A stretch of DNA of 63,721 bases, filler included, from Barthelona sp. PAP020 (Eukaryota), in assembly GCA_040182905.1 (NCBI GenBank). It is 3 parts of 3 records of this genome, joined end to end, with 100 filler letters (N's around TTAATTAATTAA, not from the genome) between each part and the next. Parts side by side here need not be neighbours in the genome. Positions count along the whole stretch, not along the records: positions 21,537 to 42,920 come from JARQWU010000182.1; 2 more parts are not named here. One strand, written 5' to 3'. A program made the position numbers and the translations under genes. Position 1 is the stretch's first letter. Each line of letters starts with the position of its first letter. Shown one piece after another: positions 21,437 through 31,963 of the stretch. The notes beneath the pieces are model-generated. The model did no database searches and was not told where the DNA came from. It was given only the letters and a program-made list of their open reading frames with translations.

Positions 21437-21536
21437 NNNNNNNNNNNNNNNNNNNNNNNNNNNNNNNNNNNNNNNNNNNNTTAATTAATTAANNNNNNNN
21501 NNNNNNNNNNNNNNNNNNNNNNNNNNNNNNNNNNNN
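21437..21536. other. Assembly gap with artificial six-frame-stop spacer
   Basis: N44-TTAATTAATTAA-N44. Confidence 0.97.
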
Positions 21537-21959
21537 ACCAACTGGTCCATTTGTTCCAGTGTGAATCTTTGTTACATTGCCATTTTTAATTAAGGGAATC
21601 ATAGGCTTTTGAATGGGATGAACGGATGAAGGGGCCAATTCAATATCCTTGACGTCTTTCTTAGCAATAATATCAAAAATTAAATTGGAAACAGCATCTC
21701 CATTACGTAAATGATGGTGATAACTTATAGTCATTCCATTATCCAACCCACAGAGATCCATTGCTTGTTCCAAATTTTCAACAATCTTGCAATCACCAGG
21801 TTTATCAAATCTGGCTTGACAACCGGGTCTGACAGCATCAGTACGAGGTTCAACAGCAAAAGCTCCTTTAAAAGGTCTTACTTCACCATAACCATCAATA
21901 TATTTTGGTAATACACGACCAACAGCATTGGTTACAGTTTCGTCTGAATAATTTTTCAT
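21537..21959 (-). CDS. citF: Citrate lyase alpha subunit (citrate CoA-transferase), bacterial type, truncated by the gap
   Basis: NAVGRVLP..IDGYGEVRPFKGAF, GLDNGMTISYHHHLRNGDAV, ELAPSSVH and IKNGNVTKI...GPVG match the CitF N-terminus. Confidence 0.9.
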
Positions 21960-22519
21960 GTTCACGTTTTTTGTAAAACTAAAACAGGTTTTTACATTTT
22001 TTTTCATTTTCTTTTCAAGTCTTCTATCAACATTTTTCTTTGCTTTCAAATTTTTTTTTAATTTTTAAATGTTGATTGTTATGAGTTTCATAAGGACCAA
22101 ATTATTTGTATTTTCTTCGATTCTTTTTTTTAAACATTTTTCTTGATTCACTCTTCATGACCGTTTTTTTTTTTTTAAAAAAAAAATTCATTTTTATCTT
22201 AATGACATAAAAATAAGTTAACAGATTGTTTATCATTCAATTTATAGTTTTATTTTGGTTATTGAGTTTTTTTTTCTTTCTTTTTGGCTATGATATGATT
22301 TCAAATCTTTGGCAATTTATGTCATTTAGATATTTGCTCTTATTATTCTTTTCAGAAATTGATGAAGAAAATTGAATGTTTCTTGATCATATCTCGATAC
22401 TTTTGTTAAATCGAAATATTCTGATTTTTTGTCATGATTATTGTACAATTTTATAAAATATGGAAAATTTAAGTTGATAGAATTTATTGACTTCACAAGA
22501 TAATGTGAAATATTTTTGT

Positions 22520-22966
22520 TCAAGTTAAATATATTATAGAAAATGGTTCTGACAGTGGATTTATCATATTTGAGTCTTTTCTTGCATTGAATTCACGTTT
22601 CATTTCATCTTTTGCCATATTTGGTGTTATCAAAGAACCTTTTCGCACATGACAATCCATAGACTGACAAAAAGCACATTTAAAATTTCTTTTTGTTCCT
22701 CTTGTTTGTAGATATTTGTAGTAACATTCGGTACATATTCTATTTTTACAACATGATGTTTCATTTAATGTTGGATAATATTTGAAACAAATTGGACACA
22801 ATTCCAAAACTCCATTGTTTAATCTTTGATTTGGTAAATAAAATGGGTTGATTAACCCTCTTTTGATTTTTCTTCTTGCTCTTGACAAAAAATAATTCGT
22901 CAAACTTTGAGAATGAGGCAACAAATATTCTCTGGGGATTCTTGGATTTGAAACTATTTGTCCCAT
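22520..22966 (-). CDS. Sip5/GW2/DA2-like RING-type protein, possibly myristoylated
   Basis: MGQ start, INPFY, and CPICFKYYPTLNETSCCKNRICTECY...CAFC. Confidence 0.75.
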   Translation of the reverse strand: MGQIVSNPRIPREYLLPHSQSLTNYFLSRARRKIKRGLINPFYLPNQRLNNGVLELCPICFKYYPTLNETSCCKNRICTECYYKYLQTRGTKRNFKCAFCQSMDCHVRKGSLITPNMAKDEMKREFNARKDSNMINPLSEPFSIIYLT

Positions 22967-23237
22967 TACTTGTTATGCGAATATATGAAGATGTGTATAA
23001 AAAATGTAAAGATTAGTAAAGGATAAAAATTACTAACAATCTGAAAACTTAAATTTTCAAGCTGTTTTACCAAAATTCTAAGCTGCAGTCTATTCAATCT
23101 TTACCTTTGATTCTTTATGTGTTCACTGTAAAGAAATAAAATGTTAGTTTGAAAAGAAACCGTAATGAAAGAAAAATGTAAAAAACAAACATTTATCCAC
23201 CAATCAAAAAAACAAAAAAAAAAAATAAAAATAAATA

Positions 23238-23430
23238 ATGTGGAAGTTCATGCTCAATGAACGGAATTTATTGGAGATATAAAGAGGTCATCAAATATCA
23301 CTCCCTTTATTTGTTGTTTCTTGACCACCTTTAGGTCCAATTTTTTAAGTTACTTGGGCATCTGAATCCACGTGAGTTTTTCCTAAACCTTAAGCTAACT
23401 CGTTTCGTTGTTCACTGAACAACTCATACC
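23238..23430 (+). ncRNA. Candidate structured non-coding RNA, family unassigned
   Basis: GC-enriched island between A/T tracts with at least six nested complementary segments forming a ~135-nt rod, plus 3' hairpins. G-U pairs favour the + strand. No useful ORF. Confidence 0.5.
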
Positions 23431-23459
23431 TCATAAATATCTAATAAAACAAAAAATAT

Positions 23460-25805
23460 TCACGTTCTTTCAAACATTTTGAATAGCTTTTGGTTGTCTG
23501 TCAATTTGAAAAAAAGTTTTGAAGAATGTTTCTGTGTTGGGATAATCAATTTTTTTATTGCTGGAAATAATATAAATTCTTGAATTTTAGCCCATTCAAA
23601 ATCTGAAATAACATCAATTTCATATGAATCTGTTTTAGGATAATACTGTTCATCAAAACCACCCGGAGAAAATAATTCACTCAACAATTTACTGATTGAA
23701 TCAATAGTCGTGAGTTCATCATCAAAGGAAATATCGTTCAATAAACGTTTTAAGAATTCTTCAATACATTCTTTCGAATTTTGAGTTAAATCTTGCAACA
23801 ATAGAGGTAATCCAATTAATCTCCAAGGGTCAGAAACAAATTTAATCGAAAAATAAGTATCAAGCATTTTTTGCTTTGAAACTGTCAATTTATCACTCAA
23901 ATTTGAATTGACAACAATATCTTCTTCAAATAATTGTGTTTTAAATGTTCCAAAATTTCTTAAAATTATTTGATAATTCAATAAAATCATCGAATTACGA
24001 ACACTTAAGACATATAAATTATCTTTATATTGGAAAAAACATAAAGCAGGATCAATTGTAGCTGTAAATACAGATTTATTTAAAATAGTCCGACAATTTT
24101 CATGAATAGGTCTAGTAATTTTTGAATAAAGTTTTTTTACACTTGCTAACTCAGAAATTGTATCAACATTTGAATCTGTATCAATGTTTAAGATAGTTTC
24201 AGTGATAGATTGATATGATTTCCCACTAAAAGAGGATTTTAAATTTTCGTTTATAATGGCTTTTTGATTTGGTGAAACATGTACTTTATTATAATTGTGT
24301 CTACCACCATTTTTCTTCTTTTCTTTTTCTATTTTTGAAGAAGAAAAAGGTGAAGAAGAGGGGGATAAATCTGGAGAAATTATTGGTGATGGTGAGTGTT
24401 TCAATGGAGGAGTTTTAAAATTAGTTGAAGTTGTCTGTGATTCATCATAATTCTCTTCAAAAATAACATCAGGATGTTCCGTATCCAGACTTGAATTATT
24501 TATGAAGCCTGTTAAATATGTGTTTGATGTGCTAATTGAAGGCACAATATGTTTGCTAATTCTATCTTCAAAATCAATGTTAACCCCTTTGTGTGTTTCA
24601 TCCGAAATTTGGTTGTATTGTTCCGCATTTTGAATATTCTTATTAAGGATATTTTGTGTATCAATAATAACAGGAGGTGTTTTAATTGTATTGAAATCAT
24701 GCGGGGAAACAATAATACGTCTAATATCAAGAGGGGTTCTATCAATTTTGGTTTCATCTTTCTTTTCATTGTCAATTAACATTTCAATAACTCTGTCAAC
24801 AATATATTGCATAATAGTTTCTTCATTTACCATAAACACAGTATCTTTACTTGGATGAATATTAAAATCTAACTTTGAAGGGTCAATTGAAATGTTGACT
24901 AAAACAAATGGTTGCTTATCTTTAGGTATTTGTCCACATTGCTGATAAGCACTTAAAATTGTTCTGTACATAGAGTGACTCTGAACAAACCTATTGTTAA
25001 TACAAAAGAAACAAAAACTACCAATTTTTGTTTTTGAATTTATGATTTGAACATTTTTAGATTTAGAAAACATGGACGAAGGCTTTGTTAAAATTAATTC
25101 CAATTTACTTGGTTCACATCGATCACAATCTCCATAAAAACATTTATAAATCATTTTGTTTTGAAAATTTTCCCCAAAAATACATCCTAATTTAGAAAAA
25201 ACTGAAGGAGTCGACAAACTGGAGAAAATTAACTTTTTATCTAAATACAAAGTAATACCAATATTCTCATAAATTAATGCATATGCTACAGCTAAATCAA
25301 TACAATGTTTTGTGGCATTAGATGAATTTCTTCGAAACTTATAAACAGAATCAAAAGCTTTTCTAGAAACAACAGTAGTTCCTTTTAACCCAGCACAATT
25401 TTTTATTGAAATAGGTTTCATATCTCTGTATAATATTTCTAAAGCTGAAGAACGTTCTTTTGTTTTTGTAATTATCATTACTTCACTAATAACACTAATG
25501 GCAGCTAAAGCTTCACCACGAAATCCAAAACTTTCAATAAATGGTAAATCTTCATACTTGTTTAGTTTAGAAGTACAAAATCTTGAACAAACCAATGGAA
25601 TATCTTTTTCACTAATCCCACAACCATTATCAATGACTTTTATCTCATCTAAATCTTTCGATAAATAAATTTGAACATGTGTTGCAGAAGAATCCAATGC
25701 ATTTTCAAATAATTCTTTGAAAATGTTGTATTGACTGTGAATAATTTCACCAGCTGCAATTAAATTAATCAGATCATCAGGTAGTTTTCTTATTATCCCA
25801 CTCAT
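23460..25805 (-). CDS. MLH1: DNA mismatch repair protein MLH1
   Basis: INLIAAGEII, KELFENALD, DNGCGI, RFCTSKL, FGFRGEALA, DFNIHPSK and the C-terminal LFKMFERT. Confidence 0.92.
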   Translation of the reverse strand: MSGIIRKLPDDLINLIAAGEIIHSQYNIFKELFENALDSSATHVQIYLSKDLDEIKVIDNGCGISEKDIPLVCSRFCTSKLNKYEDLPFIESFGFRGEALAAISVISEVMIITKTKERSSALEILYRDMKPISIKNCAGLKGTTVVSRKAFDSVYKFRRNSSNATKHCIDLAVAYALIYENIGITLYLDKKLIFSSLSTPSVFSKLGCIFGENFQNKMIYKCFYGDCDRCEPSKLELILTKPSSMFSKSKNVQIINSKTKIGSFCFFCINNRFVQSHSMYRTILSAYQQCGQIPKDKQPFVLVNISIDPSKLDFNIHPSKDTVFMVNEETIMQYIVDRVIEMLIDNEKKDETKIDRTPLDIRRIIVSPHDFNTIKTPPVIIDTQNILNKNIQNAEQYNQISDETHKGVNIDFEDRISKHIVPSISTSNTYLTGFINNSSLDTEHPDVIFEENYDESQTTSTNFKTPPLKHSPSPIISPDLSPSSSPFSSSKIEKEKKKNGGRHNYNKVHVSPNQKAIINENLKSSFSGKSYQSITETILNIDTDSNVDTISELASVKKLYSKITRPIHENCRTILNKSVFTATIDPALCFFQYKDNLYVLSVRNSMILLNYQIILRNFGTFKTQLFEEDIVVNSNLSDKLTVSKQKMLDTYFSIKFVSDPWRLIGLPLLLQDLTQNSKECIEEFLKRLLNDISFDDELTTIDSISKLLSELFSPGGFDEQYYPKTDSYEIDVISDFEWAKIQEFILFPAIKKLIIPTQKHSSKLFFKLTDNQKLFKMFERT

Positions 25806-25950
25806 AACAAACAAGTATCAATCATTATGATAAAAAAATATTATGGGGTTTCTTTCTTTTCCTTTCAATTTATTAAACACAAAGCGAAGGGAATAAATTA
25901 AAAAATATTGATGTGAAAAATAAAAAGGAAAATTTATACAAAAAGAAAAA

Positions 25951-27012
25951 TCAGCTAAAATTAGCATCTGCTCCACTGTCCTTTAAATCAACATCAAAAA
26001 TGCGTTTAGTTATTTGTAAAGTGTATTTTCTGGTTGTTGTTGGTGTGCAATCAACATCACAATTGGAATTTAAAATCTTAAATCTTTCACCAGCCGCAAA
26101 AATTCCACCATAATCCTGAATTGTTTCTATTTTTGCACATGTTTCTGCTGCAAAACCAATTTCAACTGGACCTGTTGTTGTTTTAATTGAAATTGGCATT
26201 TCCGAGGTTGAAGCTTTATGGGGAGCCAAATGCTTAATTTTAATATAACCTGTTTGAGTTTGGAAATTCCCTTTTAAAGCAATGCTACCTAAATATTGAC
26301 TGAAGCCTAAACGATCAATTTGAATTGTAGTAATTGGTGAATCAATAACATGTGCAGTTAAATTTTTAAAATACGCTGCATTTGTTGCCAATCTTAAATT
26401 GAGATAACCAATATGTATTTCATTGGGGAAATAAACTGGTTTTTGTCCCAAATCTTCCCAACCTGATTCACCTTCAATCTGAATACTGTTCCAAATCTTA
26501 CCTTTTGGATATTTAACAGTGAATAGAACAACATGACATCCCATTAGCAATTCATTGACAGTTTGCTCTAATTCATAAGTAACTCTTTTATCTGTGATAG
26601 CAATATTCATAGGATTAACAACATGAGGTATACTTGAAGGCTTTTTTAATTCTGATGTGACATTTTGACTATTTTTGTGAACTTGAGTAATTTGAACTTT
26701 ATTTTCATCCCATTCAACAAATTTGACATTGATTACAGATGCATTAAATACCAAAGCATTAATATCATCATTTGCAAATTCATGAACATATGTTTTGGAA
26801 TAGGATTGAAAAGTGCAAACCACACTTTTATATGATACAACGATTATTATTATTAATATAGCTAAAAAAAAGAAACATGACAACAAACTTCTAATACAAC
26901 CTTTTTGTTTGTCAGGGTCATCTTCAGAAAAATAGAATTCTTCTGGAACTTCATCATAATCTATTTCTTGAATTTCTTCATTTAAAACAATTTCTTCTTC
27001 TTCTCTTAACAT
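25951..27012 (-). CDS. Type II single-pass membrane protein with a beta-rich ectodomain (possibly DUF4097/adhesin-like)
   Basis: Acidic N-terminus, TM segment CFFFLAILIIIIVVSY, and beta-strand repeats (FQTQTGYIKI, IKTTTGPVEI). Confidence 0.55.
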   Translation of the reverse strand: MLREEEEIVLNEEIQEIDYDEVPEEFYFSEDDPDKQKGCIRSLLSCFFFLAILIIIIVVSYKSVVCTFQSYSKTYVHEFANDDINALVFNASVINVKFVEWDENKVQITQVHKNSQNVTSELKKPSSIPHVVNPMNIAITDKRVTYELEQTVNELLMGCHVVLFTVKYPKGKIWNSIQIEGESGWEDLGQKPVYFPNEIHIGYLNLRLATNAAYFKNLTAHVIDSPITTIQIDRLGFSQYLGSIALKGNFQTQTGYIKIKHLAPHKASTSEMPISIKTTTGPVEIGFAAETCAKIETIQDYGGIFAAGERFKILNSNCDVDCTPTTTRKYTLQITKRIFDVDLKDSGADANFS

Positions 27013-27286
27013 TGTTGTTTGCTGAATTGGAAAAAAAATGAAAAACAATTCTTCCTAAATATAGGTTAGTTTTCTTTTTCTTTGTTGAACTCATTTTTAT
27101 GAATTTTGTGAAAGAATATTGTTGGATAACAACACAATTGAAAAAATGTAGGTGTAAAATTTTCCAAGACAAAAATAAAATCATGACAGCAATTTATGAA
27201 ATCAATTTCCACATTTAATATTGTTTTAGTTTTTTCAGAGATTTAAAGTTCCAAATTAAAATATTTTGAAAAACAATTCTGTTATT

Positions 27287-30200
27287 TCAAGTTTTTTTGA
27301 CTTTTGGATTCAAATTTGCAGAATAAAATACAGGATTTATTCTGCAAAATTGAGCGTAATCATTATATATGTTTATCTTTTGTGCATTATTTGTGTTTAA
27401 ATTAAAATATGAATTGGAAATTGATTTTGCTTTTTCAAAAACTTTCAATTGTTTTTGAACTTGTTCTTGCATGTTTTCATCAAAAGTGTCAACAGTTTCT
27501 ACAGGTTCAAAATCAATATTTTCTTTTAAATAATAAGTAAATTCATTATTTAATCTGTTATAGATATTATTTGTTGTAAAATAGTTCATTAAAAAACAAC
27601 TATTGACAAAAGTTTCAGAAGCAAATATTTCAAAAGAGTTTTTATGAGGTAAAAAGAAATTAAAATATGGATCAAAACATAAAGCTTCTTCAATTCCATG
27701 ATTTTCAATATTAAATTGACTAAATAATTCATTTTCACTACAAGAATACATGTTGATAAGTAAAGTTTGTTTTATTTGTCTTAATACAGGATGATTAATG
27801 ACAAAAGATTTGTAACTTAATAAATCAACAATTCTTGTTTTATTTAAAGAAAAATAATAGTAATTTTCTCTCATTATTGGAATCCAATTGATAGTTTTCA
27901 AAAATTTTAAATGTTCATTGAAAATTTTCTGTGTAAACTTTTTTCTTTGAAGTATATTTAACGATAATGGAGGGCAAATATTTAAAATAGCTGCAATGAT
28001 GATGTTTGAATTGTTGGGCGTCAGGGATATACTATTTTGACCATTTAAAAAATTTGAATTAGAATTTAAGGAAGTGAAAGAAGAAACAGAAAAGCTTTTT
28101 AAAGAAATCACTCCTTCTTTATTTGAAGAAGAAGTGTCTGTATCAAGAAACCTTTCAACAAAGGTTGAATTTGGATTTGCTGTAGGGTTAGTATTAATTG
28201 AATCATGGGTGTCAACAAAATCAAAACTTCCATCATGGATAACACTGCCTGAAAAATCTGACATACGTACATCTGAATTACCATCCAAACTGGCATCATT
28301 TTTTTTGATAAAACTAATTCGTGTGTTCATTTTTGATGCAAAACCGTTCAAAGCAAAATATTTTTTACGAAAAACTTCAAATATGAAATTTGATTCAAAA
28401 AATAAGACATGAGCATATAAATTGGAAGCATTTCTGGCAGAGTTCCATATATAACAAGCTGTCATAACAAAAGTGAATGAAAATGATAAAATAGTTCCAA
28501 AACTTGAAAAATATCCAAAAGAAATACCAAAAAATTTTAAAGAAATAAAAACTAAACTAAACAACAAATAAACAATATAGATAATAGAATAATCTATTCC
28601 TAAAACACCTGCTGTTGGAAAGACTACAATTTCGATTGCCAAAAGTGAATAAAATGAAAAGAATACAAAACCAAATGATCTCATACTATTAACATTAGCA
28701 TTTGCAACAATCAATGCTAATAATAGAAAACTTGATATAATGATAAAATAGAGATAAAATTTCACCAAGAATAAAACCAAATTTTTTTTTCTTTGATTAT
28801 CAACAAAACATATTTTTACTAAATTTTTGGAATATTTCTTACAATTAAAATCTTCTAAGTCAAATGAATGATGGAATTTACCGGAACCAATAATGAAATA
28901 AAAAGCAATGAAAAAAATGACTATTGTATACGTAACAATAATAATTTTCACAGAAAAACTATTATATGTTTGATTGTGTATTGTAACTATACATACAATA
29001 CTCATAATAATACAAATGATTGAATTAAAAATCCTGATGAAAGAAAAATAGCGATCAAAAGTATATTTTTCAAAAGAAAATGCCAAAGATGATGTATCAT
29101 CATTTTCATCAACTTTTTCTTTGGAATTGTATGTAAATAAAGATAAATTATTGATCAAGGTTTCATTTGAGATCACATTATCTTTGATACATAACAAAAC
29201 AATTCTTAAAAGTTGAGAAAAAATATTAATGACATTATCTGTCAAATGAAAATCTCGAATATTCATTTTATTTGGTAATAAAGGATAATTGATGAATTCT
29301 TCAATATCTTTGGTTTTAAAAAGTGAACTGTATTTCAAAAATTCTTTTTGAAAATCAAACGAATGAGAATTAAAAGAAATTTGAAAGAATGATGTTTCTT
29401 CAAAAAAATCCATTATCACAGTGGATAATGTGAAATTTTCATAATTTTTAACAATTATTTTTGAAAATAATAAAAAATTTGAATTTTTCAAAGATTCTTT
29501 CGGTAAATAATATTCATTTTTGAAATTTTTACCGGCTAATATCATGAAATTAATGTTACCATGAAGATTTTCTGCTGCTATTGCTCTAATATGTTCTTCT
29601 TGTTCATCTTCATGTTTTTTTTCAGAAACAAAATCCATTAAATCAACTTTAGAATGAAAATCAAAGGAAAAAGTGTGATGATGATAATCATCTTCATTAA
29701 CATCATAATTATTAAAACATTTGAAACTATTTATTTGAGGAGAATATACCAAATCACCATCAAATAAATGTTCAATAAAGATTTTCATTTTTTTTAATTC
29801 ATTAAATTCTTCCAAATTAATGCTATAAATAGAATCGAATCTGTTTAAATTTTTGAAATAAATGTTTTCAAAATATTCAAAAGTTACAAAATAATCAAAA
29901 TTGAAACCACTACAAATAGAATGAAAATATTTTCTAATGAACAAATTCAAAATAATTAATGTTGCTTCCATTAATTCATTTATATATGCTTTATCAGCAA
30001 AAACCTTTGAATCTGCTGAGAATATGAGATAAAATGATTGCTGTTGATTTAGTATCTTCCATTCACTCCCATAAAATAATTTATTCAACATTTTATAAAA
30101 CAATTTCATCAATTTGTTATTTAATCGATTGAATTTATCATATTTATTCTGTCTAATACCTACATATACAATTAGACATTGTTTAAATTTATAATATATT

Positions 30201-31354
30201 TCATCATCACAAGTATAATTCTCTTGAAAAATTTTTGAAATTTTTGAAATGTTTTCAGGTAATTTTGTCTCGTTCAAATTTACACTTTCAAAAAAAATCT
30301 CTTTCTCTTTGTTTTGGATCTTATCATTTTCTTTTTCATTCTTTTCAATTTGCAAAACCCTATTCCGTTTCTGTTCATTGTTTAATCCTTTAAATATGTT
30401 ATTGAACATGTCAAAAATAGGTTTATTCAATGGCTTTTCTTCACATAATCTATCATAATTTTCTTTAACATACGTACTTAACTCTCTTATTTGAGTAAAA
30501 TTACACAAATTTAAAAAAGTTTCATTCATTAAATTAAGCTCAATCAAATCAAAATCAATTAATTTAGAATAACGAATAAATGATTCCAATAGTAAATCAT
30601 TCATTTGCTTTTGATTTAAATTATTACAATGCAAAAATGTTTTAAACAAATATTCTTCAATAATACTCAAACCAAAAGTCCCATTGAAGCATAATTCTTC
30701 AAAATAATTTTTTGTCAAAGCTCTTGAAACGTAATGACTTAATCTGTATAACGCTGCAGCAATATATTTTGGCAAGAACCATGCAATAAAATAGCATATA
30801 AATACAATAGAAATGCATAAAAATAATAAAGTAGACAGATATCGTAAATCAGAACAATATGATTGTTGAAAAAATACCAAAAAGGAAACAAATAAAAGCA
30901 ATATAAAAAAAACACACATCTCAAAAACTGATAAACTGTGTCCAAACCATAAACATACAGCAGGTAATAAAATCGTGGTCCAAGTCGTTCCAGGTAATGT
31001 GTGAGTACATAAAATTATGATTGCAACAACAAAAGAAACATAATAATTTAATTTAAAATAATGTCGAGAATCATATTCATGCATACCATTTTTTCTAGAT
31101 GGTAAAATTTTTAAAGTGTAAAACATAAAAACAAATTGAATAATTCTTGAAATGACTAATATTTTTTGTTGAATAGTTGCAAAACCTTTAAATATTTCTT
31201 GAATCGTAAAATAAAATACAAATATTAAAAAAGTATTGATAAACATTTTGTTTGAATATGAAGGGCAAGAAATTTCAAAATCTGATAATTTTTTATATTC
31301 AATTGAATCCTTTCCTAATTTATCAGTCAAATTTTTAAAATATCGAATAATCAT
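27287..31354 (-). CDS. Polytopic membrane protein with 2x(~6 TM + cytosolic domain); degenerate adenylyl-cyclase-like architecture
   Basis: 1356-aa ORF with two hydrophobic blocks (about aa 38-200 and 770-975), each followed by a long soluble region. Confidence 0.6.
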   Translation of the reverse strand: MIIRYFKNLTDKLGKDSIEYKKLSDFEISCPSYSNKMFINTFLIFVFYFTIQEIFKGFATIQQKILVISRIIQFVFMFYTLKILPSRKNGMHEYDSRHYFKLNYYVSFVVAIIILCTHTLPGTTWTTILLPAVCLWFGHSLSVFEMCVFFILLLFVSFLVFFQQSYCSDLRYLSTLLFLCISIVFICYFIAWFLPKYIAAALYRLSHYVSRALTKNYFEELCFNGTFGLSIIEEYLFKTFLHCNNLNQKQMNDLLLESFIRYSKLIDFDLIELNLMNETFLNLCNFTQIRELSTYVKENYDRLCEEKPLNKPIFDMFNNIFKGLNNEQKRNRVLQIEKNEKENDKIQNKEKEIFFESVNLNETKLPENISKISKIFQENYTCDDEIYYKFKQCLIVYVGIRQNKYDKFNRLNNKLMKLFYKMLNKLFYGSEWKILNQQQSFYLIFSADSKVFADKAYINELMEATLIILNLFIRKYFHSICSGFNFDYFVTFEYFENIYFKNLNRFDSIYSINLEEFNELKKMKIFIEHLFDGDLVYSPQINSFKCFNNYDVNEDDYHHHTFSFDFHSKVDLMDFVSEKKHEDEQEEHIRAIAAENLHGNINFMILAGKNFKNEYYLPKESLKNSNFLLFSKIIVKNYENFTLSTVIMDFFEETSFFQISFNSHSFDFQKEFLKYSSLFKTKDIEEFINYPLLPNKMNIRDFHLTDNVINIFSQLLRIVLLCIKDNVISNETLINNLSLFTYNSKEKVDENDDTSSLAFSFEKYTFDRYFSFIRIFNSIICIIMSIVCIVTIHNQTYNSFSVKIIIVTYTIVIFFIAFYFIIGSGKFHHSFDLEDFNCKKYSKNLVKICFVDNQRKKNLVLFLVKFYLYFIIISSFLLLALIVANANVNSMRSFGFVFFSFYSLLAIEIVVFPTAGVLGIDYSIIYIVYLLFSLVFISLKFFGISFGYFSSFGTILSFSFTFVMTACYIWNSARNASNLYAHVLFFESNFIFEVFRKKYFALNGFASKMNTRISFIKKNDASLDGNSDVRMSDFSGSVIHDGSFDFVDTHDSINTNPTANPNSTFVERFLDTDTSSSNKEGVISLKSFSVSSFTSLNSNSNFLNGQNSISLTPNNSNIIIAAILNICPPLSLNILQRKKFTQKIFNEHLKFLKTINWIPIMRENYYYFSLNKTRIVDLLSYKSFVINHPVLRQIKQTLLINMYSCSENELFSQFNIENHGIEEALCFDPYFNFFLPHKNSFEIFASETFVNSCFLMNYFTTNNIYNRLNNEFTYYLKENIDFEPVETVDTFDENMQEQVQKQLKVFEKAKSISNSYFNLNTNNAQKINIYNDYAQFCRINPVFYSANLNPKVKKT

Positions 31355-31963
31355 CAATTCTCATCAAACCATAAACAACATTTGTCAAAAAAAAAAAAAA
31401 AACAGAAAAAAAAGTGGTCAAGCATATTTTTCTCCTATTTATATACTCATATGTGTCAAAAATTGCCAGAGAAAGACTTACACATAGATAAAAATTTTCA
31501 AATTTGGAAGAAGTGACTGAAAAAAAAAGGAGTGAAACATGAAAGAAATTCCACATATTTTTCCTTCTCCAAACAGCACTCACATATTATGAGGACACAT
31601 TCGTCAACAATTCTGTTTTGAAGTAGAAAATGAAGGGAAATTTCTTCAAAGACGAGAATTGTTTGTTTTTAATAAAAAAATTCCTTTTATTCCTCATATC
31701 CCACCATTTAACTGTTTTTTTATTTATTTATAAACCGATAAAATACAACAAAAATTCAATATTGAAAAAGCCTGAAAGAAAGTGATGAAAATAAAAACTG
31801 GGTGACTTTTGCGTGTTCCAAATAATCACAGAAAAATACCAAAAAAATAATCAAACTGATAAAATCAATAGTGACATGCGTTCTGCTGATTAAAATATAT
31901 GAAAAGAAATTTTGTCAAACGATTGATTTTCATCTTTTTTTTTGTTGTTGCTTTGATAGTATT

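Noticed and set aside
21481..21492. Palindromic TTAATTAATTAA inside N runs (also 42965-42976)
   Set aside because: Identical spacer centred in both 100-nt gaps; an artificial scaffold linker, not biology.
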